From positions 11 to 64,010 of the forward strand of contig USRP01000001.1 of assembly GCA_900557185.1 (NCBI GenBank): a stretch of 64,000 nucleotides of DNA, given 5' to 3'. The notes under the pieces are model-generated. The model was not told the DNA's origin, made no database searches, and saw only the letters and a list, made by a program, of their open reading frames with translations. This document shows, one piece after another, positions 29,083-39,867 of this stretch. How positions within the stretch are numbered: position 1 is the first letter of the stretch; every line of letters begins with the position of its first letter. The translations under genes and the position numbers were made by a program. The DNA is from an uncultured Mycoplasmatota bacterium. GTDB taxonomy: Bacteria > Bacillota_I > Bacilli_A > RF39 > UBA660.

Positions 29083-29631
29083 ATGGAAACAGTAAACTAT
29101 CAAGATTCGATTGTTGAAGTATTTGATAAAAGATTGAAGCCAGGAGTAGGAAAACTTTTACCAGATGAATTTACTAACGAACAAAAAAACGATCGTATCG
29201 AGGCAATGAGAGATTTTATTACCACATTGACATATGATTACAACGAGAAAGATGAAGTCGCTTATGATGAGACAAAGCATGTTTTTAAAGTACCAAGTAG
29301 TTTAAAAGTAAATCCTGAGAGTGATAACTTTGATTTACAACACGATTTGGTACAATTAACATTAACATCTATTTGTCCAGTGAGAGATCATGAGATGGCA
29401 CCTTATATGACTTTATATGCAGATACACTAGCAACTGTATTAGTTGGTAACACAACATTAGAAAAAAATGAACATAAATATGATCATTTCAATATGCTTG
29501 GAACGGAAGGAATCGAATTACTTACAAATATCTTCTATACGGGAAATCAAGCAAAGATGAATGAGTTTAAAAATGCACTTGCTATGAATTCTGAAAGTGT
29601 AGAGATGGAAAGTAGTAAAACAAGGAGTTAA
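29083..29631 (+). CDS. Hypothetical protein
   Basis: 182 aa ORF preceded by extended -10 promoter (ttgcac-16-TGaTATAAT at 29037-29064). Confidence 0.4.
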   Translation: METVNYQDSIVEVFDKRLKPGVGKLLPDEFTNEQKNDRIEAMRDFITTLTYDYNEKDEVAYDETKHVFKVPSSLKVNPESDNFDLQHDLVQLTLTSICPVRDHEMAPYMTLYADTLATVLVGNTTLEKNEHKYDHFNMLGTEGIELLTNIFYTGNQAKMNEFKNALAMNSESVEMESSKTRS

Positions 29632-29693
29632 AGTTCCTTGTTTTTTATTGGTAAAATATGTTTTCTGTGATAAAATAGAGCTGGTGATGAATT

Positions 29694-31121
29694 ATGGATA
29701 AATTAAGAACACGTTTTGCTCCAAGTCCAACTGGATTTATGCATATTGGGAATTTAAGAAGTGCAATCTTTGGTTATTTGATGGTAAAACATCAAGGTGG
29801 AGATTTTATTTTAAGAATTGAAGATACAGACCAGACAAGAAAAGTCGAAGGGGCTGTAGACTTTATTTATAATACTTGTGAGTTATGTGGAATTCACTTT
29901 GATGAAGGACCAAATAATGGAGGAGAATATGGCCCATATGTACAAAGTGAACGTTTACCACTTTATAAGAAATATGCAGAGGAATTAGTAGAAAAGGGAG
30001 CCGCTTATTATTGTTTCTGTACAGAAGAGAGATTAAATAAATTACGTAAAATTGCGGAAGATGAAAAACGTGCTTTTCAATATGATGGTCATTGTAAACA
30101 TTTATCAAAAGAAGAAATTGAAGCAAATTTAAAAGCAGGAGTACCATATGTTATTCGTCAGAAGATGCCTAAAGAAGGGGTTAGTACTTATGAAGATTTA
30201 GTATATGGTAAGATTAGTGTTGAAAATCGTATTTTAGAAGATCAAATCCTTTTAAAATCAGATGGATATCCTACTTATAATTTTGCTAATGTTGTGGATG
30301 ATCATTTAATGAATATCAATGTAGTTGCACGTGGAAATGAATATGTGATGTCAACACCAAAATATAATCTTTTATACGATGCTTTTGGATGGGAAAGACC
30401 TACTTATATTCATTTACCTATGGTACTTGGTAGTGATGGACAAAAATTAAGTAAACGTAATGGAGATGCTTCTTTCATGGATTTATATCATGAAGGATAT
30501 TTACCAGAAGCAATTGTGAATTATTTAGCACTCTTAGGATGGTCTCCAAATTCTAATCAAGAGATTTTTACTTTAGATGAATTAATCAAAGAGTTTGACC
30601 CAAAGAGAATTAGTAAATCACCATCGATTTACGATGAAAAGAAATTACAATGGGTAAATGCTCATTATATGAAGAAATTAGATGATGAGAAATTATTTGA
30701 AATTACGATTCCTCATTTAAAAGAAGCTTATGATTTAGAAAAGTATTCTGAAGATTGGGTAAAAGAATTGGTATTACTTTATAAAGATCATATTAGTTAT
30801 GGAAAAGAGATTGTCGAAGTGACTGAGATGTTTTTCCACGATAAAGTAAATTTAAATGAAGAATGTGTTGAATTTATGAAAGATGAAAGCATTCCCAATA
30901 CATTAAAGGTATTTAAAGAAGAGATTGAAGCAATCGATGATTGGACTGTTGAAAATATCAAAGAAGCAATTAATCATACAAAAGAAAAAGCAAATGTGAA
31001 AGGAAAAATGTTATTTATGCCAATTCGTATTCAAGTAACTGGTGTTATGCATGGACCGGAACTTCCAAATACGATTCATTTGCTTGGTAAAGATGTTGTA
31101 TTAAAAAGATTAGGAGAATAG
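29694..31121 (+). CDS. gltX: Glutamate--tRNA ligase
   Basis: Class I HIGH (APSPTGFMHIGN) and KMSKS (KLSKR) motifs. 475 aa. Confidence 0.9.
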   Translation: MDKLRTRFAPSPTGFMHIGNLRSAIFGYLMVKHQGGDFILRIEDTDQTRKVEGAVDFIYNTCELCGIHFDEGPNNGGEYGPYVQSERLPLYKKYAEELVEKGAAYYCFCTEERLNKLRKIAEDEKRAFQYDGHCKHLSKEEIEANLKAGVPYVIRQKMPKEGVSTYEDLVYGKISVENRILEDQILLKSDGYPTYNFANVVDDHLMNINVVARGNEYVMSTPKYNLLYDAFGWERPTYIHLPMVLGSDGQKLSKRNGDASFMDLYHEGYLPEAIVNYLALLGWSPNSNQEIFTLDELIKEFDPKRISKSPSIYDEKKLQWVNAHYMKKLDDEKLFEITIPHLKEAYDLEKYSEDWVKELVLLYKDHISYGKEIVEVTEMFFHDKVNLNEECVEFMKDESIPNTLKVFKEEIEAIDDWTVENIKEAINHTKEKANVKGKMLFMPIRIQVTGVMHGPELPNTIHLLGKDVVLKRLGE

Positions 31122-31165
31122 AAATATTCTTCTTTTTTTATTCATATATTAATGTGGAGGGATAT

Positions 31166-32092
31166 ATGAATTATATTGATAGTCGTTTTAAACAACTGGT
31201 GAATCATTTAAAGAAAAAAACAAAAGAGGAAATATATGGAGATATGGTTTATCAGTATAAAAGATTAAATCAAACATTAAAGAATTCATTTGAAGATTAT
31301 TTTGTAAAGTTTCCATATTGGGGAACACTTAGCGAGAGAAAAGAAGATTTTGGTCATATGAAAGAAATTGCTGATTCTTTAAAAGATCATTTGGATGACT
31401 TTGTACATTTGTATTCTAAATTAGGAGATTATCGTTCTAAATTAGTGTTATATGGAATGATTAGTAATTGGTATCAATATGACTTTGATTATTTAAATCG
31501 TTCTATTGAGAAGAATTATGGACATTATTTTGATTTAGATTTAATTGAACCTGAGGAAGATGAACTTATCGTTGATTTAGGAGCTTATACAGGAGATACA
31601 ATTTTAGATTATATCTATACTTATGGAGAAAATAGTTATAAGAAGATTTATGCGTTTGATATCACGGAAGAAAGTCTGATAAAACTAAGAGAGAATACGA
31701 GCCGTTATCCCAATATAATCGCTAAGAAGCGTTCTATTTCCGATAAGGGCGGAATTACTTATGTAAGAAAAAGTGAAGTAGATAATTCAGCAAATACAAC
31801 AGTAGATTATGGAGACATGGAAGTGTTGGAAACAACATTAGATGAAGAAATAAAAGAGAAGATTACATTACTTAAAATGGATATTGAAGGGGGAGAACAA
31901 AAAGCACTAAGAGGAGCAACAGAGCATATTAAAAATGATCACCCGAAATTATTAATTTCTGTTTATCACAATGTCAGAGATATTTTTGAAATACCAAATA
32001 TGATAGAACAAATAGACTCTAGTTATCAATTCTATCTTAGAAATTATGGAGGAGGCGTCTATCCAACTGAAATTGTATTGATTGCAATATAA
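31166..32092 (+). CDS. FkbM-family SAM-dependent methyltransferase
   Basis: VDLGAYTGDT SAM-binding motif characteristic of the FkbM MTase family. Start at ATG 31166 after RBS ggaggg. Confidence 0.5.
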   Translation: MNYIDSRFKQLVNHLKKKTKEEIYGDMVYQYKRLNQTLKNSFEDYFVKFPYWGTLSERKEDFGHMKEIADSLKDHLDDFVHLYSKLGDYRSKLVLYGMISNWYQYDFDYLNRSIEKNYGHYFDLDLIEPEEDELIVDLGAYTGDTILDYIYTYGENSYKKIYAFDITEESLIKLRENTSRYPNIIAKKRSISDKGGITYVRKSEVDNSANTTVDYGDMEVLETTLDEEIKEKITLLKMDIEGGEQKALRGATEHIKNDHPKLLISVYHNVRDIFEIPNMIEQIDSSYQFYLRNYGGGVYPTEIVLIAI

Positions 32093-32099
32093 AAAAGTC

Positions 32100-33026
32100 T
32101 TAACGACTTTCTTTTTTTGTATTTTCATATTGTTTGATCATTTCAGAATCATAAACTCTCTCTCCATTTTTGTGGTAGAAAAAGGAATTTGTAAATTTTC
32201 TGGCATTAGTAATTGCTAAATCTTCTTTTTGTTTTTGAGTGAGTCCATCTTGTGCCATTGCCCAACTGTAAATCTCATCTATTTCTTGTTTAACATTGTT
32301 TGCAAAAGTGACTTTGTCAGGGAATTTATCTAGTAAATATTGTTGTAATTGTGCTTGGAACTCTAGCATATTCTTTTGTACTCTTTCTGTTCCTAAGTTG
32401 AACAAATAAGTACCTGAAAAAAGTTCTAAAATTGTTTTATAATCTTTTTCTGGTGTATAGGGACTATAAGATATTTTTCCTTGCTGTTTTAAACCTTCAA
32501 AATATTTTTTTACATCGATTGCTACAATATTGGATGGAGCAATACTTTTTCCCTCTTCTTTTGATATGAATTCACTATGATGATAGATTTCTCCATGTGG
32601 TCTCATAAATTGTTTGCCATCAACAACATATAGATATACATACTTTTGATTTAAAACTTCTTGGAGAGAACCTTTTTGTTTCTCATTAATATCGATATGA
32701 AATTGATAATTTTGTTCTTGATCAAAACCATCGTAAATGTGACAAGATATTTTTGCAGAGTCACGAAAGAGAGCAAAATGAATTGCACGAAGAGGATTGT
32801 CTGTCGCATAAACATAATTTCCTTTTTGTGTACTTTCATTTGGTTTAATATCTAAAAAAACTTTTGTACTTCCATGAAAAAGATATTTTGGAACATGGTT
32901 TGTAATTTCTGGATATTGATTCAATAATTGTGGTTGATTTGTCTTAATCATTTCATTTACTAATTGAATATATTTACTTTGCTCTTCTGCATATTCTTGT
33001 AAATACTGTTTTAAATGATCGTTCAT
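32100..33026 (-). CDS. Hypothetical protein
   Basis: 308 aa ORF convergent with the FkbM-like gene. No family recognised. Confidence 0.4.
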   Translation of the reverse strand: MNDHLKQYLQEYAEEQSKYIQLVNEMIKTNQPQLLNQYPEITNHVPKYLFHGSTKVFLDIKPNESTQKGNYVYATDNPLRAIHFALFRDSAKISCHIYDGFDQEQNYQFHIDINEKQKGSLQEVLNQKYVYLYVVDGKQFMRPHGEIYHHSEFISKEEGKSIAPSNIVAIDVKKYFEGLKQQGKISYSPYTPEKDYKTILELFSGTYLFNLGTERVQKNMLEFQAQLQQYLLDKFPDKVTFANNVKQEIDEIYSWAMAQDGLTQKQKEDLAITNARKFTNSFFYHKNGERVYDSEMIKQYENTKKESR

Positions 33027-33056
33027 AGTATCTCACCAGCTATATTATATCACAAT

Positions 33057-35024
33057 TTATTCTGTTTTTATGGTAGGTATCAGATTATCTAGTTCTTCTG
33101 TATCTTCAAATGGCTCAGAGCCTTTTAAATAATAAAGCATTTTTTTCTTTTTGGTACTTTCGTTTGCTGGTTTACCACTAATAGGATCTACTAAAACACC
33201 AACTACATTATTTGGTATTTCATACCATCCATCTCCTTTTAAATCTTTTAAAGAAGCTTCCATCGTATCAACCCACATATTTTTAATTAAATTTCCATCT
33301 TTGACATCACTTTCTCGGTTATCATCATAACCAGCCCATATTCCCATTAATAATTCTTGATTATAACCAAATATTAAATGATCAGTATTAGTTGTTCCTG
33401 TTTTAATGGCATATTTTTTTGTGATTTTAGGAGCAATATTCATACAAGTAGGGTAGTTGTAATCGATGAATTCACTGGCATAAGAATTAGTCAGCATTTC
33501 ATTTAAAATAAATACAATACTACGATTTAATACATTTTCAGTTTCTGGTTTATAAGAATATAATACATTGCCATCTTTATCAGTTACTTTTCTTATAAAA
33601 TATGGTTTTAATTTATCTCCACCACTAGCAAGTGTATTATAACCTTCCATCATATCAAGTAAATTAATTTCAATCGTACCTAGAGCAAGTGATGGAATTG
33701 GTTTTAATGTTTGTTGGATGCCAACTCTTTTCGCAATATTGACTAAACTATCTTCTCCTAAAAATAGATGTGTTTTGACAGCATAAATATTATCGGAATA
33801 AGCAAGAGCAGCAGCCATACTAATTTGTTTATTCGGATAGTTTTTATTATAGTTTTCAGGACTGTATGTGGAATGACTTTGAAATGTAAACGTTGTTTTC
33901 TCACTTTTAAAAGTAGTAGATGGAGTAAATCCATTTTCTAATGCTTCGTAATAGAGAAATGGTTTAATACTAGAACCAACTTGTCTTTTCGCACTTGTTG
34001 CTCGATTATATTGACTTTTTTTATAGTCTCTACCTCCTGTAGTAGCAAGTACTTTACCTGTTTTTGGTTCCATGACTACACTGGCAACTTCTAGATCAGG
34101 ATTTTCTTTTAAGTCTTCATTCATACTCGTTTCCATATTTTTTTGAATGGTAGGATCTAGATTGGTATATATTTTTAATCCTCCTGTTTTTAGAAAAGAA
34201 GTAGGGATGGTTTTAATCGATTTTAATTCTTGAATCACAGCATCTTGATAATACATTAAAGTAGATAAGTTGTGATCATTTTCACCACCGGCATAAGTCA
34301 GTTCTTTTTGAAATGCTTTTTCTTTTTGAGCTTCTGTAATATATCCATTTTTTTCCATGAGTGTTAATATCATACTTTGTCTTTCTTTGGCTGCTAGTTC
34401 ATTAGAAATAGGGGAGTAATGAGTTGGATCTTTCGGAATACCTGCTAGAATAGAAGCTTCTGCTAATGTTAAATCTTTTGCTTTTTTATTAAAGTAATAT
34501 TTGCTGGCATTTTCAATCCCAAAGACCCCACCATAGTTAATCGTATTTAAATATCCTTCTAGTATTTTATCTTTACTATAATGCACTTCTAACCTGATTG
34601 TTAGCCATGCTTCATCAATTTTACGACTCCATGTCTTATCAAAATCTAAAAATAAGTTTTTCGCATATTGTTGGGTAATCGTAGAAGCACCTTGTTTTGT
34701 CTGTCCACTTGTAAAGTTAATGTATAATGCTTTTAAAATACGTAGGAAATCAAAACCTTGATGTTTATAAAAATGCTTATCTTCAATCGATAAGGTTGCA
34801 TCTATGACATAGGGTGATATCTCATCTAATGATACCCATTCTTTTTGATTCCCAGCAGTAAACAATTCATTATTTTTATCATATAAATAAAAACTATTCG
34901 CACTGTTAATTGGTAATTTTGGCATTAATCTTGCCACTGCATAAATACCAATATAAACAAGAATCATACCAATGAGAATGATTCCTAATATTTTTCTAAC
35001 TTTTTTCCATTTTTTCATTGCCAT
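33057..35024 (-). CDS. Class A penicillin-binding protein (bifunctional GT51 transglycosylase/transpeptidase)
   Basis: N-terminal TM anchor, GT51 motifs (EDKHFYKHQGFD, RKIDEAW), and transpeptidase SSIKPF (SxxK), SDN, KTG motifs. Confidence 0.75.
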   Translation of the reverse strand: MAMKKWKKVRKILGIILIGMILVYIGIYAVARLMPKLPINSANSFYLYDKNNELFTAGNQKEWVSLDEISPYVIDATLSIEDKHFYKHQGFDFLRILKALYINFTSGQTKQGASTITQQYAKNLFLDFDKTWSRKIDEAWLTIRLEVHYSKDKILEGYLNTINYGGVFGIENASKYYFNKKAKDLTLAEASILAGIPKDPTHYSPISNELAAKERQSMILTLMEKNGYITEAQKEKAFQKELTYAGGENDHNLSTLMYYQDAVIQELKSIKTIPTSFLKTGGLKIYTNLDPTIQKNMETSMNEDLKENPDLEVASVVMEPKTGKVLATTGGRDYKKSQYNRATSAKRQVGSSIKPFLYYEALENGFTPSTTFKSEKTTFTFQSHSTYSPENYNKNYPNKQISMAAALAYSDNIYAVKTHLFLGEDSLVNIAKRVGIQQTLKPIPSLALGTIEINLLDMMEGYNTLASGGDKLKPYFIRKVTDKDGNVLYSYKPETENVLNRSIVFILNEMLTNSYASEFIDYNYPTCMNIAPKITKKYAIKTGTTNTDHLIFGYNQELLMGIWAGYDDNRESDVKDGNLIKNMWVDTMEASLKDLKGDGWYEIPNNVVGVLVDPISGKPANESTKKKKMLYYLKGSEPFEDTEELDNLIPTIKTE

Positions 35025-35150
35025 GCTCCTTATTCTTTTTCCTATTTTTTAGTATTACAGAAAATAGAAAAAATATAAGTGATTTTTGAAAAGTATTGTT
35101 CTTGTTTTATCATTTAAAAATACATATAATAAATTTATGGAGGAAGTTAT

Positions 35151-35672
35151 GTGAATGTAAAATTAGAAAATAATGTAGTTGATAGTTTCGATATGGATGG
35201 AATACTGTATAATAATCAAAATAAAATTCAGATAGATATATTAAAATCGATTTATCCAATATTGAAAGAAAATTATCAGTTTCTATATCAAATAACGGAA
35301 GATGATTTTTTTACTTGGACTAAAAATGTAATGAATGACGAAGATATTAATACTTATGTATTAACAGAAAATCATAATCCAATTGGATATATTCAATATG
35401 TTTTACTGGAAAAAGAAATATGTTTATCAGAAATTCAGATTGATAAGAAACATCAAGGAGATAAGAAAACATTTAAAAAATTGATGAGAGATTTTGTCAT
35501 CTTATCAGATTTAAAAGAACAAGATATAGTTTATATTAATATTCATCCAAAAAATAAGAAATCACAAGAAGTATTTACGAGAATTGGTTTTCGAAAAATA
35601 AAAGACCATAGATATGAAATCACAGGTGAAAAATTAATGGAAAAATTTTTAAAGAGTGTAACGACATTGTAA
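35151..35672 (+). CDS. GNAT-family N-acetyltransferase (GTG start)
   Basis: GNAT motif A-like region (…IQIDKKHQGDKKTFKKLM…) and C-terminal …NKKSQEVFTRIGFRKI. RBS ggaggaag upstream. Confidence 0.45.
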   Translation: MNVKLENNVVDSFDMDGILYNNQNKIQIDILKSIYPILKENYQFLYQITEDDFFTWTKNVMNDEDINTYVLTENHNPIGYIQYVLLEKEICLSEIQIDKKHQGDKKTFKKLMRDFVILSDLKEQDIVYINIHPKNKKSQEVFTRIGFRKIKDHRYEITGEKLMEKFLKSVTTL

Positions 35673-35814
35673 AAATATTGCTTCACTTTTAAGAGTTTTT
35701 CTATTTTTTTTATTTCATAAAAAATATAAGTGCTTTTTTTATATAGTTATGTTATAATGTCTACGTTTAAAGGTGTGTGGTTTTTTGGCGAAAATAAAGT
35801 TAGAAGCAAAAGTC

Positions 35815-36156
35815 ATGAATCAAAGTGAAAAAAATACTTTTTCTTATCAAGGTGCTGGCTTGTTATTAAAAAATAAAATCGTCTATTATGAGAATGATAT
35901 ATGTGTCACACTTACGAAACAGGAGAATATAGTAAGATTGGTAAGAAAGCAAAAAGATTATGAGTTAGAAATGACGTTTCAAAAAGGTTATAAAACAGAA
36001 GTTATTTATAATTCATTGAAAGAATCTTTGAAAACTTATTTACAAGTAGAAACAAACGTGTTAGAATGGGAAAACGACAGGGTTAGAATCGATTATAGAT
36101 TATATCCAAGTGATGAATTATTTTCATATCAATTGAAATTTGAGGTGATAGAATGA
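35815..36156 (+). CDS. DUF1934 (YwiB-like) beta-barrel protein conserved upstream of argS
   Basis: Small protein immediately upstream of, and overlapping, argS, as in the Bacillus ywiB-argS arrangement. Start at the internal ATG is preferred. Confidence 0.5.
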   Translation: MNQSEKNTFSYQGAGLLLKNKIVYYENDICVTLTKQENIVRLVRKQKDYELEMTFQKGYKTEVIYNSLKESLKTYLQVETNVLEWENDRVRIDYRLYPSDELFSYQLKFEVIE

Positions 36157-37847
36157 TTACAGAAAAATTAGGAGAGTTATTAACGAATGTTGCGCAAACA
36201 TGTGGCTATGATGATACATTTACTGTCATTTTATCGAATCGTCCAGAGTTATGTGATTATCAAAGCGATACTGCTTTTCAATTAGCAAAGAAATATCACA
36301 AAGCTCCGATGATGATTGGGACAGAAATTGTAGATGCTTTAAAAAAGATTGACAATTTTGAATCTTATTTTAAAGAAGTATCATTTGCAGCACCTGGTTT
36401 TATTAATATGTCTTTGAGTGATACATTTATTAAAGAAAAATTGGTAGATATGATGAATCATGAGAAGTTTCATTTAAAACAACCAGAACAAGTAAAAACA
36501 TTTGTGCTTGATTATGGTGGACCAAATGTGGCAAAACCGCTTCACGTAGGACATATGCGTACTGCGATTGTAGGAGAGAGTATTAAACGTATTATTAATT
36601 ATGTTGGTCATAAAACGATTAGTGATGTTCATTTAGGAGATTATGGATTACAAATTGGGCAAGTAATTTATGGTGTTTTAAAGGATCAAAAAGATATCAA
36701 TGATATTACGTTAGAATATTTAGAAGATATTTATCCAAAGATGAGTGCTCTTTGTAAAGAAGATGATGAGATTAAAGAAAAGTGTGCAGCGATTACGAAG
36801 AGCTTACAAGATGGGGAACCAACGTATCAAGAATTATGGAAAGTAATTTTAGAGATTAGTGGAAATGATATTAAACGTTTATATCGTTATTTGGATGTTT
36901 CTTTTGACCTATGGCAAGGAGAAAGTGATGCTTATAAGTATATTGCTCCAACAGAAGAAATTCTTCATGAGAAGGGCCTTATTGAGGACAGTGAAGGTGC
37001 GAAAGTGGTAGAAGTAAAGAGTGAAGAAGATACGAAAGAAGTACCACCACTGATTTGGCAAAAGAGTAATGGTGCCTATCTTTATGGGACAACTGATCTC
37101 GCAACCATCTATGAACGTGAACAGAGATTTCAACCAGATTATATTTGTTATGTCGTAGATAATCGTCAAAATCTTCATTTTGAACAAGTATTCCGTGTTG
37201 CGAAAAAAGCAGGAATAACAGATGCCAATTTAGAATTCTTAGGTTATGGAACCGTGAATGGAGAAGATGGAAAACCATATAAAACAAGAAGTGGAAACAC
37301 ACCAAAATTAGATGGTTTATTTGAACAGACAAAAGAGATATTCTTATCTAAAAAAGAAGAGAATAAAGAAAAGAACGATGAAGATATTCGTAAGATTGTA
37401 AATGCAATATTAAAATTTGCGGATTTACAAAACAGTCGTGAAAGAGATTATATTTTCGATATTCATAAATTTTCTAATACAGTAGGAAAAACAGGACCAT
37501 ATATTTTATATACTTATTTAAGAATTGATAAAATATTAAAACAAGTAGAGGTTCCAACTCGTTTATCTTCTCAAATTTATAATGAAACAGATCGTAATTT
37601 ACGTTTAAAATTATTAGAATTGGATAAAGTAATCTTAGCAGCTTTTGAAGATAGAAAGCCAAATTATATTGCTGATTATATTTATCAATTATCAGACTTA
37701 GCCAATTCATTCTATCAAAACAATCATCTTGCAAATTTGGAAGATCAAACAAAGAAAAATGATTGGTTATATGTATTGACACTGACGAATAAAGTGTTAA
37801 AAGAAATGTTATTTCTAATTGGAATAGAAATACCAACTTTTATGTAA
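36153..37847 (+). CDS. argS: Arginine--tRNA ligase
   Basis: Class I HIGH variant (PLHVGHMRT), anticodon-binding DALR-type C-terminal domain. 564 aa. Confidence 0.9.
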   Translation: MITEKLGELLTNVAQTCGYDDTFTVILSNRPELCDYQSDTAFQLAKKYHKAPMMIGTEIVDALKKIDNFESYFKEVSFAAPGFINMSLSDTFIKEKLVDMMNHEKFHLKQPEQVKTFVLDYGGPNVAKPLHVGHMRTAIVGESIKRIINYVGHKTISDVHLGDYGLQIGQVIYGVLKDQKDINDITLEYLEDIYPKMSALCKEDDEIKEKCAAITKSLQDGEPTYQELWKVILEISGNDIKRLYRYLDVSFDLWQGESDAYKYIAPTEEILHEKGLIEDSEGAKVVEVKSEEDTKEVPPLIWQKSNGAYLYGTTDLATIYEREQRFQPDYICYVVDNRQNLHFEQVFRVAKKAGITDANLEFLGYGTVNGEDGKPYKTRSGNTPKLDGLFEQTKEIFLSKKEENKEKNDEDIRKIVNAILKFADLQNSRERDYIFDIHKFSNTVGKTGPYILYTYLRIDKILKQVEVPTRLSSQIYNETDRNLRLKLLELDKVILAAFEDRKPNYIADYIYQLSDLANSFYQNNHLANLEDQTKKNDWLYVLTLTNKVLKEMLFLIGIEIPTFM

Positions 37848-37866
37848 ATCGTATATGGAGGGAATT

Positions 37867-38301
37867 ATGAAATTAAAAAACATGTCAAAAGAAGAGTTAG
37901 AATTAATGTCTTATACAGATTTAACAGAAATGTTAATAAAAGAAAATAAAAAACCAATGAATACTCCTACTGTATTCCATAAAATTTGTGATTTATTAGG
38001 ATATAGTGAAGATGAATATGCTTCAAAGATAGGAGATTATTATACATCTCTAACCATAGATAAACGTTTTGTATTATTAGATAATAATGAATGGGATTTA
38101 AGAGATCATCACAGTATTGATCTTTCTTTAGAAGAAGATGATGAGGAAGATGAAGAAATGATGGAAGAAGAGGTTGAAGAACCTGAGGAAGAAGAAGAAA
38201 ATATCGATGAAGTTAATACAGATGAAGAGTTAGAAGTAGATGACGATGATGACATCGATGAATTAAATATTATTTCTGATGAAGATGATGAAATGGAATA
38301 G
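37867..38301 (+). CDS. rpoE: DNA-directed RNA polymerase subunit delta
   Basis: N-terminal HARE-HTH-like domain followed by a long poly-acidic (D/E) C-terminal tail, diagnostic of RpoE in Firmicutes. Confidence 0.75.
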   Translation: MKLKNMSKEELELMSYTDLTEMLIKENKKPMNTPTVFHKICDLLGYSEDEYASKIGDYYTSLTIDKRFVLLDNNEWDLRDHHSIDLSLEEDDEEDEEMMEEEVEEPEEEEENIDEVNTDEELEVDDDDDIDELNIISDEDDEME

Positions 38302-38328
38302 CCAACTTTTTGGCTATTTTTTTGGTGG
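38302..38328 (+). terminator. Intrinsic terminator after rpoE
   Basis: agccaactttttggct hairpin followed by attttttt. Confidence 0.5.
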
Positions 38329-38447
38329 AAAGGTGAAAAACGTTGATTTTATAAGGAATTTATACGAAAAATGTTGCAATTATGTCAAAATAATGATATT
38401 CTTAAAATGTAAGCAAGATAGCTTAACATAATAGGAGGTAGAACATA

Positions 38448-38720
38448 ATGACAAAAGCAAATTTAATCGATTACATTGCAGAAGAAACAGGATTAACAAA
38501 AGCTGATGCTACTCGTGCTTTAGATGCAATGATGAGCGGAATTGTGAAAGGGTTAAAAGAAGAAGGAAAAGTAACTTTAACTGGATTCTGTACTTTTAAC
38601 GCAGTTCACAAAGATGCTAAAGTTGGACGTAATCCAAGAACTGGAGAAGCTGTTCAAATTCCTGCAAGAGTTGCTGCTGTTATCAAAGCTGGTTCTAAAT
38701 TAAAAGACGCTTTAAACTAA
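38448..38720 (+). CDS. hup: DNA-binding protein HU
   Basis: 90 aa with RBS aggagg. Conserved arm …GRNPRTGEAVQIPARVAAVIKAG…. Confidence 0.85.
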   Translation: MTKANLIDYIAEETGLTKADATRALDAMMSGIVKGLKEEGKVTLTGFCTFNAVHKDAKVGRNPRTGEAVQIPARVAAVIKAGSKLKDALN

Positions 38721-38748
38721 AAGGCATTATGCCTTTTTTTATTACTTA
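38721..38748 (+). terminator. Intrinsic terminator after hup
   Basis: aaggcattatgcctt hairpin followed by ttttttatt. Confidence 0.55.
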
Positions 38749-38751
38749 TTT

Positions 38752-39822
38752 ATGAAGAAATTTCAAAAAGCTCTTTTACTTTTAAAAGAAATAAAAAAGA
38801 ATAACCAGCAAGCATATATTGTCGGAGGATTTGTCAGAGATTATTTAAGAGGTATATGGAATCATGACATTGATATTTGTACTAGTATGACTCCTGATTT
38901 ATTAAAAAAGCATTTTGTTGTAAAAGAAGAACATTATGGATCTACTGTGATTGAGTACCAAGGAGAATATTTTGAAGTAACGACTTTCCGTAAAGAAATC
39001 GGAAGTAAACAAAATCGCTATCCTGCTAAAATACTTTATACATCTTCTTTAGAGGAAGATTTAAAACGACGTGATTTTCGAATGAATGCGATTTGTATGG
39101 ATGAAAATAAGAAAATAGTAGATTTACTTGGTGGAAAAGAAGATATCCAAAAGAAATTAATTGTAAGTATTGGAAATCCAGAACAAAGATTAGAAGAAGA
39201 TGCACTACGTATATTACGAGCAATTCGTTTCGCTACGACATTAAATTTCACATTAGAATCTTCTTTATCACAGGCGATTATCAAACAAAAACATTTATTA
39301 AAAGAAATATCTTATCAACGTAAAAAAGAAGAATTAGAACGTATATTCTCATCAAAGCAAGCAGTTCAAGGAAGAAAATTGTTGATTGAACATCAGTTAT
39401 TAGATGTATTAGAAATTCCAAATTTAAAAAACACAGTTTTATATCCGAATTCTTTATTAATATGGATGCAGTTAGGAGTCGATGATATTTATCCATTTAC
39501 CAAAGAAGAAAAGAAAAAGATGAAGTATTTACGTAAATGTAAGAAAGAAGAATGGAATATTTACCGTATTTATGAATCTGATTTAGATACAGCAATTTTA
39601 ATTGGTATGATGAAAGGAAAAGGAAGAGAAGAGATTACAATATTAAAAAAGAATCTTCCTATCCAGACTAGAAAAGATATTCATATTACAAGTGAAGAGT
39701 TACAACAACTGATAGCAAAAGAAAAAATAGCTGATTTCTACCAAAAAATAGAACAAGCAATTTTAACAAATCAATTAAAAAATGAAAATGATGAGATAAA
39801 AAAATGGATACAAAATCATTGA
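38752..39822 (+). CDS. cca: CCA-adding tRNA nucleotidyltransferase
   Basis: Pol-beta head domain GGFVRDYLRG…DIDI followed by a tRNA-NT C-terminal region. Confidence 0.75.
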   Translation: MKKFQKALLLLKEIKKNNQQAYIVGGFVRDYLRGIWNHDIDICTSMTPDLLKKHFVVKEEHYGSTVIEYQGEYFEVTTFRKEIGSKQNRYPAKILYTSSLEEDLKRRDFRMNAICMDENKKIVDLLGGKEDIQKKLIVSIGNPEQRLEEDALRILRAIRFATTLNFTLESSLSQAIIKQKHLLKEISYQRKKEELERIFSSKQAVQGRKLLIEHQLLDVLEIPNLKNTVLYPNSLLIWMQLGVDDIYPFTKEEKKKMKYLRKCKKEEWNIYRIYESDLDTAILIGMMKGKGREEITILKKNLPIQTRKDIHITSEELQQLIAKEKIADFYQKIEQAILTNQLKNENDEIKKWIQNH

Positions 39823-39867
39823 TAATTTCTATACAGAAAATCAAATCTTTAGTATAATAAAAAGCAG

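Noticed and set aside
35673-35814. T-box or other riboswitch upstream of the DUF1934-argS pair, and upstream of gltX (29632-29693)
   Set aside because: No T-box consensus (AGGGTGGNACCGCG) and no terminator/antiterminator structure in these short leaders.
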